53,911 bases of DNA from Patescibacteria group bacterium (GTDB lineage: Bacteria; Patescibacteriota; Patescibacteriia; 2-12-FULL-60-25), in contig JBBTQP010000067.1 in NCBI GenBank assembly GCA_038065635.1, positions 1 to 53,911 of the forward strand, written 5' to 3'. This document shows, in pieces, positions 33,441 through 45,500 of the stretch. The first letter of the stretch is position 1, and each line of letters begins with the position of its first letter. A model generated the notes under the pieces. That model was not told where the DNA came from. It ran no database searches and saw only the letters and a list, made by a program, of their open reading frames with translations. The position numbers and the translations under genes were made by a program.

Positions 33441-33887
33441 CTACAAAACATCTACTACTACGCGCTCTTGCAACGAAAACATTCGTTTCTCCTGCTGCTT
33501 CGTGCGATGATCGAACCCGAACAGATGAAGCATCCCGTGAGCGACGAGACGAACCACTTCTTCTTTAAACGAAACTCCGCGTTCCGCAGACTGACGTTTT
33601 GTTGTTGTCGCTGAAATCAGAATGTCTCCCCACTCCTTTTTGCGATCCTTTCTCGGCCGCGCATCGGGGACTCTCGCGTCAGACGAAAACGACAAAACAT
33701 CGGTTGGCGCATCCTTTCCGAGGTATTTTTTATTCAGTTCACGAATCTCCTTATCGCTTAAAAAACAAACTGCAACATATCCCGTCGGACGGCGACGCGC
33801 CACGCTAAAAACACATTCCACCGTCCGTTGAATCAACGGACGGCTGATGGAGCTCGGCAATTTTCCATAATTGACCACGTCGATCAT
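33441..33887 (-). CDS. ybeY: rRNA maturation RNase YbeY
   Basis: VAHGMLHLFGFDH zinc motif, 148 aa. Confidence 0.85.
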   Translation of the reverse strand: MIDVVNYGKLPSSISRPLIQRTVECVFSVARRRPTGYVAVCFLSDKEIRELNKKYLGKDAPTDVLSFSSDARVPDARPRKDRKKEWGDILISATTTKRQSAERGVSFKEEVVRLVAHGMLHLFGFDHRTKQQEKRMFSLQERVVVDVL

Positions 33888-35209
33888 GGCGTTGGAGTCG
33901 GTTGTTCGGCGCTGGATGTTGTGGCGGCTTCCGTTTCGACAGGAACGGGTTGCGCGATCACGCCGCTAGTGGTTGCGGACGGCTCAAATGGCAGTGGAGC
34001 TCCGGTTTCGGGTACGCTCATCTTCGGTAAACCACTAAGCACAAGCGAATTCAGTATCATCGAGTAAGTCGTCCGATAATTGATGAATGTTTGTCCGTCG
34101 AGATCATAAGTCATAACAAACACACGATCGCCCCAAGGAATAAACGTGCTAAGAAGATCCGCGCCGATCACGCCTTCGTATCCTCCCTTCGAGCGATATT
34201 TCAAAACTTGCGTGGCTACTACGCTCGGATGAGTATCCAGATACCATTGCAGTATCGGTTTCTTTTCCGAATTATTCTCGATCGTGATCTTAAACAATTC
34301 CCCGTGTTTAGTGTCTATGGTTGCGCGCGAACCATCCGTACTATCCATCGCAATGCTCCAAGACGCTGGAATGCTCATAACCCAACCGATCGACGCGGTA
34401 ACTATTTTTACGAGAGACGAATCGAGAAGACGGACGGGGGCTTGTCCGGCGGGATTGTAGAGATGGAAAACTTCGTTGCCGTCCAAAAAACCGTCGCCGT
34501 CCGTATCCGGAGTCCGCGCGTCAGTGACGTACAACACCTCCTCAAGATCCGTTATGCCATCGGAATCCGAATCCAAACCGGCTGGAGGAAGGGTCGGGGC
34601 AGGAGGCAATTCCGGAGGAAGATTCGGAACGGTCGCGAACGTAGCATCGCTCGGCGAGGATTCTCCGGCGATGTTCAACGCGATCACGCGGTATGAGTAC
34701 GATTTTCCCGGCTCAACCGAGGCATCGAGAAACGACGTGCTGTTCGGCGGAAGATTCGTGACCGGAGTAAAACTCCCTGTCCCTTGATCGCGCTCGATAC
34801 GAAATCCAGACTCGTTGTCCGACTTGTCCGTCCAGTTCAAAATCACGCTTTGCGGGTTTGTGGATGTCGCCGCGGCATCAGTAGGAGCTGCCGGCGATTG
34901 CGGAGTCGGCGGCGGCGGCGTTTCGACGACTACTGGCGCGGGCTTTGGAAAAATCAAATCGCGATTGAAATAAACGAAACCTCCTGAAACCGCCAAAAGC
35001 AAAACAACGCCAACGATTACGGGCGCCATGATGCTTCGTTTTTTTGTTTCAGGCGACGGAGCTACGGGCGCCTCCACTTTTTTTTCTTCTATCCGCGTCT
35101 TCAAAGCGGCGCCGTAAAATTTGTCCGGTATTGTGTGGATCTCCGGTTCTTGTACGGATCCGGAAGTTGATCCTTGCGTTTGTATTTCTTCAGTCATAGG
35201 GCCTGTCAT
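33884..35209 (-). CDS. membrane-anchored protein with an FN3 domain, two TSP3-like calcium-binding repeats and a C-terminal uncharacterised domain
   Basis: TM helix IMAPVIVGVVLLLAVSGGFVYF. FN3: VILNWTDKSDNESGFRIERD...YSYRVIALN. DSDSDGITDLEE and DTDGDGFLDGNE. ATGA overlaps at both ends (35206-35209 and 33884-33887). Confidence 0.6.
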   Translation of the reverse strand: MTGPMTEEIQTQGSTSGSVQEPEIHTIPDKFYGAALKTRIEEKKVEAPVAPSPETKKRSIMAPVIVGVVLLLAVSGGFVYFNRDLIFPKPAPVVVETPPPPTPQSPAAPTDAAATSTNPQSVILNWTDKSDNESGFRIERDQGTGSFTPVTNLPPNSTSFLDASVEPGKSYSYRVIALNIAGESSPSDATFATVPNLPPELPPAPTLPPAGLDSDSDGITDLEEVLYVTDARTPDTDGDGFLDGNEVFHLYNPAGQAPVRLLDSSLVKIVTASIGWVMSIPASWSIAMDSTDGSRATIDTKHGELFKITIENNSEKKPILQWYLDTHPSVVATQVLKYRSKGGYEGVIGADLLSTFIPWGDRVFVMTYDLDGQTFINYRTTYSMILNSLVLSGLPKMSVPETGAPLPFEPSATTSGVIAQPVPVETEAATTSSAEQPTPTP

Positions 35210-36249
35210 TCTTTCAACGTGTCAACAAACATTCCGTAAAGAGCGCGGAAATCCACTGATGCGGCGTCGTTTACGCCGTATCGGACTATGAACGCTTCGG
35301 CTCCCGCAATTACGACGGTAACTAGACCGTCAGAGGATCGCCACGCGTTATATCCCGCGCTCGTAGTAAACGGAGTGAGTTCGCTTACGGGTAATGCCGA
35401 TTCGGACAACACCCAGTTCTCGAAGGTCAAATCGTCCGGTTTATCGGCAAGAGACAAAATTGAAATCAAGAAAAGCGCCGGTGTGTACGTGTTGATCGTT
35501 ATACCGACTTCCGTTTCAGCAGACGTCCAAGTTTCCGGAATGAGCGCGGAATTAACGCTGCCGATTTTTACAGTCTGAAAACGATCCGACGACGCGAGCT
35601 TGGTTTTAGCTATCGCCGGATCATAAAGACTCTTCGCCTCGCTGCCATCAGCGAAACCGTCGCCGTCGCTATCCGTGACGGATTTGTCTGTTCCGAATAT
35701 CGTCTCTTCCGCGTCCGTCAAACCGTCGCCGTCGCTATCCACGCCATTCGGAGGGACAACCGCTACTTCGGATGACTCGTTTGGCGCAGGAGTAGTTATT
35801 GAAACCGGCGGTGGAATTTCCGGTTGCGGCTCTGGAAGCGCTGGCGGTACTTCGACTATGGGCTCGGATTCTGCCGGAACTACTGCCTGTGCGGATGATG
35901 GAGCGACCGTCTTTTCAGTAGCTACTGACGACGAACGAACGAAAAAATACCAAATCGCTCCTCCGATAAGCCCAACGACCGCCAAGATCAAAACCAAAAG
36001 AATAATAATTTTTATTGGAGATCTACGCGACTCCTCCACGACCGGTCGCACCGTGGTTGTAGCAGGTGCTGATTTATCCAACTCCGCAAAAATATCCTCC
36101 GGCTCTTTTTTCCCGGTACCTGGTACCTTATCCACATTTGGGGAGACCTCCCCTAACCCCTCCTTCGTAAGGAGGGGGACGGGGGGAGTTAGAGGGGGTT
36201 TTGGCTGCGTCGGCTCTACAGGAAGATTGGATGGAGGCGTGTCGAACAT
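35206..36249 (-). CDS. membrane-anchored protein with two TSP3-like calcium-binding repeats; paralog of the downstream gene
   Basis: TM helix IKIIILLVLILAVVGLIGGAIWYFF. DSDGDGLTDAEE and DSDGDGFADGSE. The N-terminal coding region contains repeat C. Confidence 0.6.
   Translation of the reverse strand: MFDTPPSNLPVEPTQPKPPLTPPVPLLTKEGLGEVSPNVDKVPGTGKKEPEDIFAELDKSAPATTTVRPVVEESRRSPIKIIILLVLILAVVGLIGGAIWYFFVRSSSVATEKTVAPSSAQAVVPAESEPIVEVPPALPEPQPEIPPPVSITTPAPNESSEVAVVPPNGVDSDGDGLTDAEETIFGTDKSVTDSDGDGFADGSEAKSLYDPAIAKTKLASSDRFQTVKIGSVNSALIPETWTSAETEVGITINTYTPALFLISILSLADKPDDLTFENWVLSESALPVSELTPFTTSAGYNAWRSSDGLVTVVIAGAEAFIVRYGVNDAASVDFRALYGMFVDTLKE
36146..36200. repeat. family C repeat, short copy inside a coding region
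   Basis: acctcccctaacccctccttcgtaaggagggggacggggggagttagagggggtt, read in frame as PPLTPPVPLLTKEGLGEV. Confidence 0.85.
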
Positions 36250-36258
36250 ATGTGTGTG

Positions 36259-36507
36259 TTATTCAATTAAACCTTCGTTGAGCTCTTCGGTGGTTGGAAC
36301 CGGATCCCCCGCCTGCCAAGGTCGCTCAACTTGATATGAATCCAACGGCTTGGTATCGGACGTTGCCGCGGACTGTGAAGAAGATCCGCCAACAACGCGA
36401 GGCGCAATCTCTGTTTGGCGCTTCCTTAGCAATAATACACCGACAACCACTAAAGCGACCACGATGATAGCTAGAATAATTGAGTAGATTCGTGTACGAA
36501 GTTCCAT
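36259..36507 (-). CDS. small single-pass membrane protein
   Basis: 82-aa ATG ORF starting 6 nt after the giant gene's stop. TM helix IYSIILAIIVVALVVVGVLLL. Confidence 0.45.
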   Translation of the reverse strand: MELRTRIYSIILAIIVVALVVVGVLLLRKRQTEIAPRVVGGSSSQSAATSDTKPLDSYQVERPWQAGDPVPTTEELNEGLIE

Positions 36508-36512
36508 ATTTG

Positions 36513-39500
36513 TTAATAGTTAGCTTGAGACCATGCCTTCCATTGTTTGCCTTTTTGTTTGTAAGCCACGCATTTATAACCATAATCTTTCATTGCATTA
36601 CAATCTGCATCAGTACTACACGTCTTATACAATGTCGCTTCGTTGCCCGAACCAGGAATTGCGCAATACTTCCCTGTCCTCCAAAAACCATCGAATCCAT
36701 GTTCGTATACAGCCACACCTTCTGTATTTTCCGATAAAAAACGCCCCCACTTCAAGGCATTTCGCACGATCACTGATCCGTCTCCGGAATACAGATCAGC
36801 GATGTGCCAAAATTTACAATCTCCGCCGCAGTTTCCTCCCTTCAAGTCTTTCGCATTCACCTCGAGGATTTGTTTATCCGTCGAAATCACGGCCGTATAA
36901 CCTTTATCGATCAAATGCGATTTGAGAACGTTTGTTTTGTCATTATTTATTGGCGCTACGGACTTCCCGACTTGGTAATCCCAGAACATTCGCAACGGCT
37001 CTTGAGCGTATCCGAACGCCGAGTAACGGAAGTACGTTGTAAGTGGGCCTTCCTTATAAAAATCGCAGTTGTCCCACCATTCCTTGCCGCATGATTGAAT
37101 ACATTTTATTGCAGGCGCTCCACAAAATTCATTGTCATATTTACCATTCTTCATACAATCTTTCCCAGGATTACTCGGACTCTTATCAGAACAGTTCGGT
37201 ATAGAATTATTATTCACACATGAATCATTCTTTTCAGTACATTCTGCGTCTGAAATGCATTGCTTGTTTGTTTTATAACAATATCCATAATCTTGACAAA
37301 ACTGCTCAGTGCATTCTCCATCATTTAAACATTCTTTTCCGCTGTTTTTTCCGCTTTCACAAGTATTTCCGAATCCGCACTCTATCTGTGATTTTCCTGA
37401 AGCAAGGCACTTTGCGTTTCCTTCAACCGGACAGCTGTTCCAAGTGGCGCCATAAGATCCAGAATAACCTCCAACTTTTTCACCCGCATTATGCAAACAG
37501 AGCAGATACGCGTACGGTAATTGTGAAACGTCGAGATTCCCGCGCGTTGCGCTGCTCCATGTGATATCGCGCGCGCACTGTTGGGTGCTTGCCGGGCGAT
37601 TCGCGTAATTACAAGATTTTATATTCTCCACCTTGGATGTAGCTGTGTATGCGTATGCTTCCGGAATTACCAAGTGATTGTTAAATCCTCCGCTGATTCC
37701 GTTCGTCATCGTGGTCCATGGCTTTTCCCAGAGAACCGTGAAATACGCCTCGCCTTTGCCTGGACGTGGGAATAAATAAATCTTCCCGTCTTTTTTCTGA
37801 CTCACGACATCTAGATAATTATCAACTCCGAATGTAGGCGTTGTTAGCGGCCAATATCCACCTCGAATCCCTTCGTCAATCGTATACGCATACTGCCATC
37901 CTGGAGCTTTTGGATATCCGCAACTCGGTCGGTTCGGTTGGTTTCCGGTGCACGGATTGTCGTCGTATTTGTCGACTATCAACTTATATTGCGCACATTC
38001 CGAACGATTATTTAGTCCGTCGATCTGGAAATTGCCATTGTCATCGCTTGATGTTTGTTTCACCAAAACACCCTTATAGAACAACGAAACTTTTGCGAGT
38101 GGAACAACTTGGTTGTATACCGCATCAAGAAGCTGACCCTTAATAACGCCTGTACCGACATCATCGCTGCACTTTCCGCATCCGCCGAATGAACAGGATG
38201 AATTACACGAAACTATAGCCGGAGTATCGATGCCTTTTATTCCTACGCCGAGCGCCGGACCTTTTTCTCTGACGCATGTCCAAAAATCATTTGAGGAAGG
38301 AGGCGGTTTAGGATATGTAAAATATCCCTTACCACACGTTGTTCCCATGCACTGTTTCAGCATTATGTTTTCGTACTTCTTCAATTTCACATCGCCGCAT
38401 GTAACTGTCTGATTCAATTCCGTATCTAACGGATAAATTGCCGGATTGATTGTATTCAATGAAAAATCGTATCCGAGAGATTTGCATGTGATGTTATTTT
38501 CCGTTGTGGTGATACACGGAGTTTTTACGCACTGCGCGTTCAAAATGGAACATGCTTCCGGCGAAAGTCCGGTCGCTATTCCGCATAATTGTACGGTCAG
38601 ATCTTTCTTCTGCTTATCTTCGGATAATTCAACGTTTCCATCGCATTGCTCCGGCCCGTTCTTTTTCGCGTCTCCGCAATATCCCCCCGCGGTCGTGAGG
38701 AACTTGCACTGCGTACTGCAAGATGCGCAAGTTGAATTGTAATCCGCGGAGCATGTAACTTTTCCGTTCTGCGTCCCCGCGTCGCAATCCTCAACTCCCA
38801 TGAGCGGTTTTCCGTCGCCGCACACGTTCTTTTTGCAGGATGAAGTACACGCCTTGGTATCTCCGTTTCCTGATCCGTCATCGCACTCCTCAGACGGTTT
38901 GTCGATAATTCCATCGCCGCAGAAATTAAGAACCTCGCAGCCCGACCAGCTGGTATACGAACACTGGCTGGACCCGGACGTGTTGCACGTGCGAATGTGA
39001 GCCGTAGGATATTCCTGACATATGCCCGGTATTGTTGGCAGCGAACATTGGACATCGGATGAACATTTGCTCACGAAGTCCTGAACCGAACGGCAGGCCG
39101 TTTTTCCTCCGGATTCTTTCTCGCAGTCCACATTTTCCTTACACGTTTTAAATATCGTGGGATCGTGTTTTTCCGTTTCAAACGTCGGCGTCACGCACTG
39201 CTTTAGCGTTCCCGCGCATCGCTTGATCTTCGTGTTTTCACACGACGCGAGAGGATCCTTTTCTTCCGCCTTCGCGCATTTTCCATTCACTCCGCAATCC
39301 GCGTCGACCGCGCATGGTTCGTCCTGCGCGCTCCCCGCCTTACAAATCCCTTTGGTCGTCGTTTGCGTCTGTCCGTCGCATTTTTCCGGCGCGGTCACGA
39401 CAGTATCGCCGCAGTACGGAGCGATGCCCTTACAATCGAGACTGCAGCTGTTAGTGATTGTGCACGCCGCATTCGTGTCGCAATAATCTCCATTTCCGGT

Positions 39501-42500
39501 TCCTTGCAGGTTCGCCGGACCATTGTCACAGATTTCTCCGGGGGAAATTTGGCTGTCGCCGCAATATGCCGCGTATCCGTTGCATTTGATGTTGCAGTGC
39601 CCGTACGATCCGTTAAGGATTCCGTCGTCGCAAAGTTCACCGGAGGAAACGCACTTTCCGTCAGCGATGTTGCCGCCGTCACCCTTACACTCCGAATCAA
39701 CGAGACATCCGAGCGCGTTGCGAACTCCGCCGCTACACACCTTGTCGATCCTTCCGTTTCCGCACGCGACCGAAGCGTTGCACTGGCTTAAATTAACGTC
39801 GTCAAGAAACTCTTTGCATTCATTGCAAATCTGAAGTTTCAGTCCGTCCGGATTTATTGGATTTTTGTTATTTGGATCCTTGGTATCGCAGTCCGTCAAC
39901 TTCGTCTGTCCGATTTCGCAAACTTCATTTGCCGTGCATGATCCGGGTGGACTGCCAGGACAATCCTTGTCTGTAACACAAGGATTCTTGTCATTGGACC
40001 CACCGCTACACGCTTGTCCGATTTTCCCGTCTCCGCAAGTTCCGCTCTGTCCGATGGGTTGGTTCGTACAAACGTCTCTGTAGATAAAACGACCGCCTAC
40101 AAACCTGCAAGAGCCGGCGGTCACGGGATACTTGTTTTCAGGGCAGGAAACTATGTTTTTCGGATCAGGACACGGTCGGCAATCCTTATCTTCCTCGCAC
40201 AAGAATCCGAGAGTTTCGGAATTGGCGCACCGCTTGATCTCCGTCATGAGGGTTGGCGACCACCAAGCGGCGTTCTTCGTTGTCGGCGGCGGCACTTCAA
40301 ATTCGCTAGAGAGTTCGTATCTCTGTCCGCCATTCAGAGAGTGGTACTGATAGACGCGCGACGGAGAAATCCCGATTCGCGGACAAACGAATTTTCTCTC
40401 ATCCACGTTCCAGCAAGTCAGCGGTTCCGTTGAAGTCGTAGTTATGAAATCATTTCCTTTAACCGTCACGCCGGTGCAAGATTCGTCCGAAGAACAATCC
40501 TGATTGCCTCCGCACGGTGTTCCGAATTTGGAGCATTTTCCGCACGTAACGAATTCGTTCACCGGATCGGTTGGCTGCTTGCCTCCGACGGACTTGGAGA
40601 ACTCCGCATCCCAAGACGGCCAACGAGAGTTCGTGTAGCTGAAAAGGAATGTTCCTGCTAACAGTTTCGGATATGTCTCGTCTTTTGATTTAGCGGCTTC
40701 TATGACGCGCGACATCGACTGAAAATCCGCCACGCGCTCCGTGTCGCGAGATAATTTCAGCTTGTAGCTTCCGCAGTGGAAATCCGTCCCGAGCTTCAAG
40801 CAATCAAAGTCGCTCGAGCAGGTTACTGTATTTCCTTTGTCGTCAAAATGCGGCTCTGCCGGCTCGAAATTCGGATTGTTCCCCTTCTCGCACGCGTTGC
40901 CCACGCCGTCTTTCAAATTGATGTTGAATGCGAGAGTCTGCACCATTTGATCGTAAATTCCAACGGTGACTGGCGACGCATCTGGATTGCGCGAGATGAG
41001 ATAGATGTTCGAGTAAATCGACGTACCCTGTCCGTCCGTGTTTGCCGCGGCTACGTACGTGGTGTTCCCATCCTGCAAAGCGCGATATCCGTCAATCATT
41101 TTGGACTTCGGTTTGCCGCCGAAACCGCGCCACTTGTACCAGTCCTCCGGAGAATAATGAAGAGGATTCGATGCCACGCGTATACCGATTCCATCCTTTT
41201 TCAACGCCTTATTTTCATCTCCGTAAGTGAAAAGGTATTGCCGTAAAATTCCTTCTTTTTGATCCGTGGCTGTAAAAGGAACCGGATTGATCGTGAGTTT
41301 CGGCAAATCGTCTTCAATACCGGCCTCGCCTGCGTCACGACAATACATTGTTGAGAAGTTGTAGAAATACGGGCTCGTCTCAAAAATCGTTCCCTTCAAA
41401 CTTGAATCCTGACCGTTCCCTGTTGGCTTTTTGTCGCGGAACGGAGCTATCGGTCCCGGTCCTTCCAAGTTCGGCCACGGATTTTCACAAAGGGAGACTG
41501 TCACTGGCGCGCTTCCATGTATTGAGGATTCCGTGGTCGGCGGATTGCTTACAGTATCGGACGTTATCTTGAGCCATGCCATAACAAACGCGTTGCCGTT
41601 TTTATTCTCCGGCTGGATCGAAGCAGTAGTCTGCTTCGGCTGCGGATTCAAAACGGTCACGATGGTTTTTTCGCTCGTACTCCACGGAAGCCAGTCCCAC
41701 GCGTATTCTTTGACCGACACTATCGGAACTGCGGTGTTATTGTTTAACGCGATAGCTTGAGCCTGAAACGGATGAATGTCGCTTTGCCTTACGAACAAGA
41801 GCGGGTGCGCCTTTTCCGTTTTCGTGTCCACGCTCGTATCCGTCACCTGTATAAAATTAACAATACAAATTTTCTTTCCGGTAGTAAACGAGAAAGTGAG
41901 CGGCCCGCTTTCCGCTGACGCATCGTATTCAGCGACAACGCCTTTCGCTGTCTTTATACCATGCTTCTTCGATAGATCGGCGTTATCGGAAAACGGATCC
42001 GTCGTTGTGGAATTGTCGCCGAAAAACTTCACGCGGTATTTCGTATCCGGCTCAAGCGCGGAATCGAGTTTGAATTTATAGGATGCCGTGCCGATGGCAG
42101 AGGCGGGAACCCAAGACCCTGTAACCGATCCTTTGCACCAAACCGCGGCAATAGCAGGATCGCCCGTCCACCAAGCAACGATGCGATGCCAAACGCGCTC
42201 AAACCATCCTACGATTCCGTCATGCAAAGGACGAAAATTATCCGTGACGATCGTGGTTCCGTCCGGACACTTTCCGGTTCCGCTAACATCTTCCTTCGCG
42301 ATCTGTACGTTCGCCGAAACGCTGTCTCCAATCATCGGAGCATTAAACGTCGTGCTGATTTCCACATTCCTGCAAACTCCGGTTCCGCTCGGATATGAAG
42401 TCGCGATTCCAGGCCGGAGCGAACAGCATCCCTTGTCGGTCAATCCCATCGCTTTGCCCTGTGCGTTCGGCTTGCACGTCTTCTCGTCAGTAAACGCGCA

Positions 42501-45500
42501 CTGCAAACCGTATGTGGCCTCGCCTGTTTTTCCTTCCACTAACGATGAAATTTTCGATGACATTATCCCGTTCTCATCAGGATCCGCATCGCCTACGATG
42601 TACGCGAGTTGAACATTATCAACGAGCCCGTTCCCTTTCGCCGTTCCAACCGGAGGCACGGGCGCGGAGTTTTTCGGCGTGTTCTGTAAAGATTTGTCGC
42701 TGGAAGGAAGTCCGGCGTCGCACTGTTCGCCGATTCCAACGATACCGTCGCTGCAAAAACTCGGAGTTAGATATTTTACGGACGATCCTTCCAAGAAACA
42801 GGACGCATTACATCCGTCGCCTCCCATTTTATTTCCATCTTCGCAATCTTCGCCCGCATCAATAACTCCGTTTCCGCAAGTATTGGAGTTACCGATATGC
42901 AAACAGGTCTTTCCGTTACATCCTGCGGGGAAAGTCGGATCGGATACGCTTTGCTTCTCACAGGTTTCACCCGGTTCGAGAAGCGCATTTCCACATACTG
43001 AAGCTACGCTCGGAGATGAGCCGGTATGTAAACATTGGTTGGAACATCCGTCATTGCTGGTTAGATTTCCATCGTCGCAATCTTCACCGTCCGCAAGATC
43101 GCCATTTCCGCAGGTACTCTTGGCTGAAAGCGATCCTGTGTGACGGCAGAACGACGAGCAACCGCGATATTGCCGAGGCTCGCACGTACCACCGTTCTTT
43201 TCACAAGCCGCCTTATCCGACGGCTTTGTACAGAACGATCCGTCGGGCGTATTGGATTCGGCAGGAGCACCCTGGCATTGGGAGCCGAAATCGCAAGCTT
43301 CCCCAAAATCCAACTTTTTGCCGTCCTCGTCCCCATTTCCGCATGTTCCTGACGGAATCTGCGATACCGGCTTCCATAAACATGTATTCGGATCACACTG
43401 ACCAACATTACTCGGAACTCCCGGATCGCACTGCTCGCCGGATGTGGCGCCTGACGGGAGTACGGAACACGCGTCGCCGTAAGGAGTTACACCGACATTA
43501 TTCGAGATCTTACAGTACACTGCGTCCGTTGTTTCTATTATCCCATTTCCGCACACCGCGACTTTTCCGTACTGCGCCTGGCTTCCCATTGCGAGACAAA
43601 TGGCGCTGCATTGTGGCGGCAGTTGAGCCCCCGTATCAATCGATCCGAGTCCCACGAAATCCGCGACCTTCTTATCCGAAGTCGCCCAAGAAGCATCCTG
43701 CGTCTGAATAAGCGCTTGTCCAACCGCGCTGCACTCGTCGGCTTTTCCGAAAGGAGTGGCGACAAACAGCTGGCGCGCGTCGATCGCTGTCTCGTATTTT
43801 TCAATTGGCGCGACGTCAACCGACTCCGCTTTACAGTACGAATCCGGTCCCAGTTTTGTTCGGAACGTCCAAACGAATCCTTCCGGATCGTTCAGTCCTG
43901 TCATGAGCACGCCGTTCATTCCCTTGATGCCGCTGTCCGTTCCCCCTTTCAATAACACGCGATAATATTTTCCGGGTTGTAAAAGTAAATCCTTCTGGCC
44001 CTTCTGTTGGCCTGGCTTTGCCGGTTCGATGCTCAAAAACCGCTTGGACGTTTCCATTGTTTTCGGAACAGTCACGACTGTAATGGAATTCGCAGGAATC
44101 TCAAGCGGCGCTCCAAGCTCCGTCAAAACGCAATTCTCGTTGGTGCATGGACGCACTTCCACGTTTCCGGCTATGGACTTTGGATCAAGCTCCTGCGAGA
44201 ATCTCGCCCAAAGAAGAGCGTTGATGCAAGCGAGCTGACAACGTGGCGCGTAATCCTCGACTCTCGGCGGAATGAATTTTACATACAACTGCGCGATTCC
44301 CTTCACGTTATCGGGATTCGCGATTGCGTTCATGTTCACCGGGACGTTTCCGGTTTCCGTAATCGCGATGCCAGTCTGCTTACAGCTCACTTTCCCCTGT
44401 TCCACGTTAAACGGCGTATCGAATATCGCGCGTCCGTCGCCGTTCGCGTCGCCATGCAGCCATTCCCAATCGTATTTTTCGCATTGCAAAACCACGCAAG
44501 CGTCATCTTTCGAAATCGGAGACGCTAGATACGGAACCTTGCCGCCTGCTTCGTTCAATTCATAAGGATGCGGAGAAACGCTGACCGATCCGATTGCGCA
44601 CGGAGCGTTGGAACTTCTCGTCGTGAATTTGAAACAATATCCGATTCCTTTGCCGCAAGTGTCGCTTTCATCCATGTTGTCTCCGCCAACCCCAGCGCCT
44701 TTCACTCCGGTTAAAATTTGAATTAGATATGTGGTGCCTATTTCCAAGTCCGCTTTAGGCAGAATACGAACCAAGTCCTGATCAGGCGCCGCGACTTGAA
44801 GCAGTGGCGATCCTCCGGATTGCTCAACGTCCGTCGTGGTAGAACACGCTTCGTTCGTACATTTCTTCAATAGGAAATTCGTTTTAGTTACAGTCGTCGG
44901 ATCAAGATGCGCGGTAAAACGCGCGATAATAGCGGCATTAACGCAAACATTGTCCCCTCCGGTGCGAGAATTCCATGGCGACGGCGACGGAACCGGCGCC
45001 GGAATATTTTTCGGTGCGCACTCTTCAACCACGCGCGGCGCCACCGGAATGAGTCCCGTCGAAGACTGCCACGCGAACATGGCGGACTGCGTCACGACTC
45101 CGCAGGATTGTTCCTTTGGAACGCAGGTGCCGTTTCCGCAACACTGTTCGCTCGAGCTGCAAACGCCAGATTCTTCATTGCAATTTCTAACTTGAAAGTT
45201 CACGCCGTTGGAGAGAGTGCCTTGCGCGGAAAGCGTAACCGGTCCGGTCACGGCTCCGGCAGGAACCGTGGTCTTCACTTCACCGTTCGCCCATGCAGAA
45301 GAGATCGCGGCTTTATTATCATAAAATGAGACCGAACCAACGCTCGAACCGAAGCGCTCCCCTATTAGCGAGACGTCCGTTCCTATAGGTCCTACGCTCG
45401 GAACAACCGTGCAGATTCCCGGCTTTGCATTCGCGGATGTGATTGAAAAACTTACGGCATTTGATTCTGCATTATCGGAACGTATCAAGCGGACGGTGTA

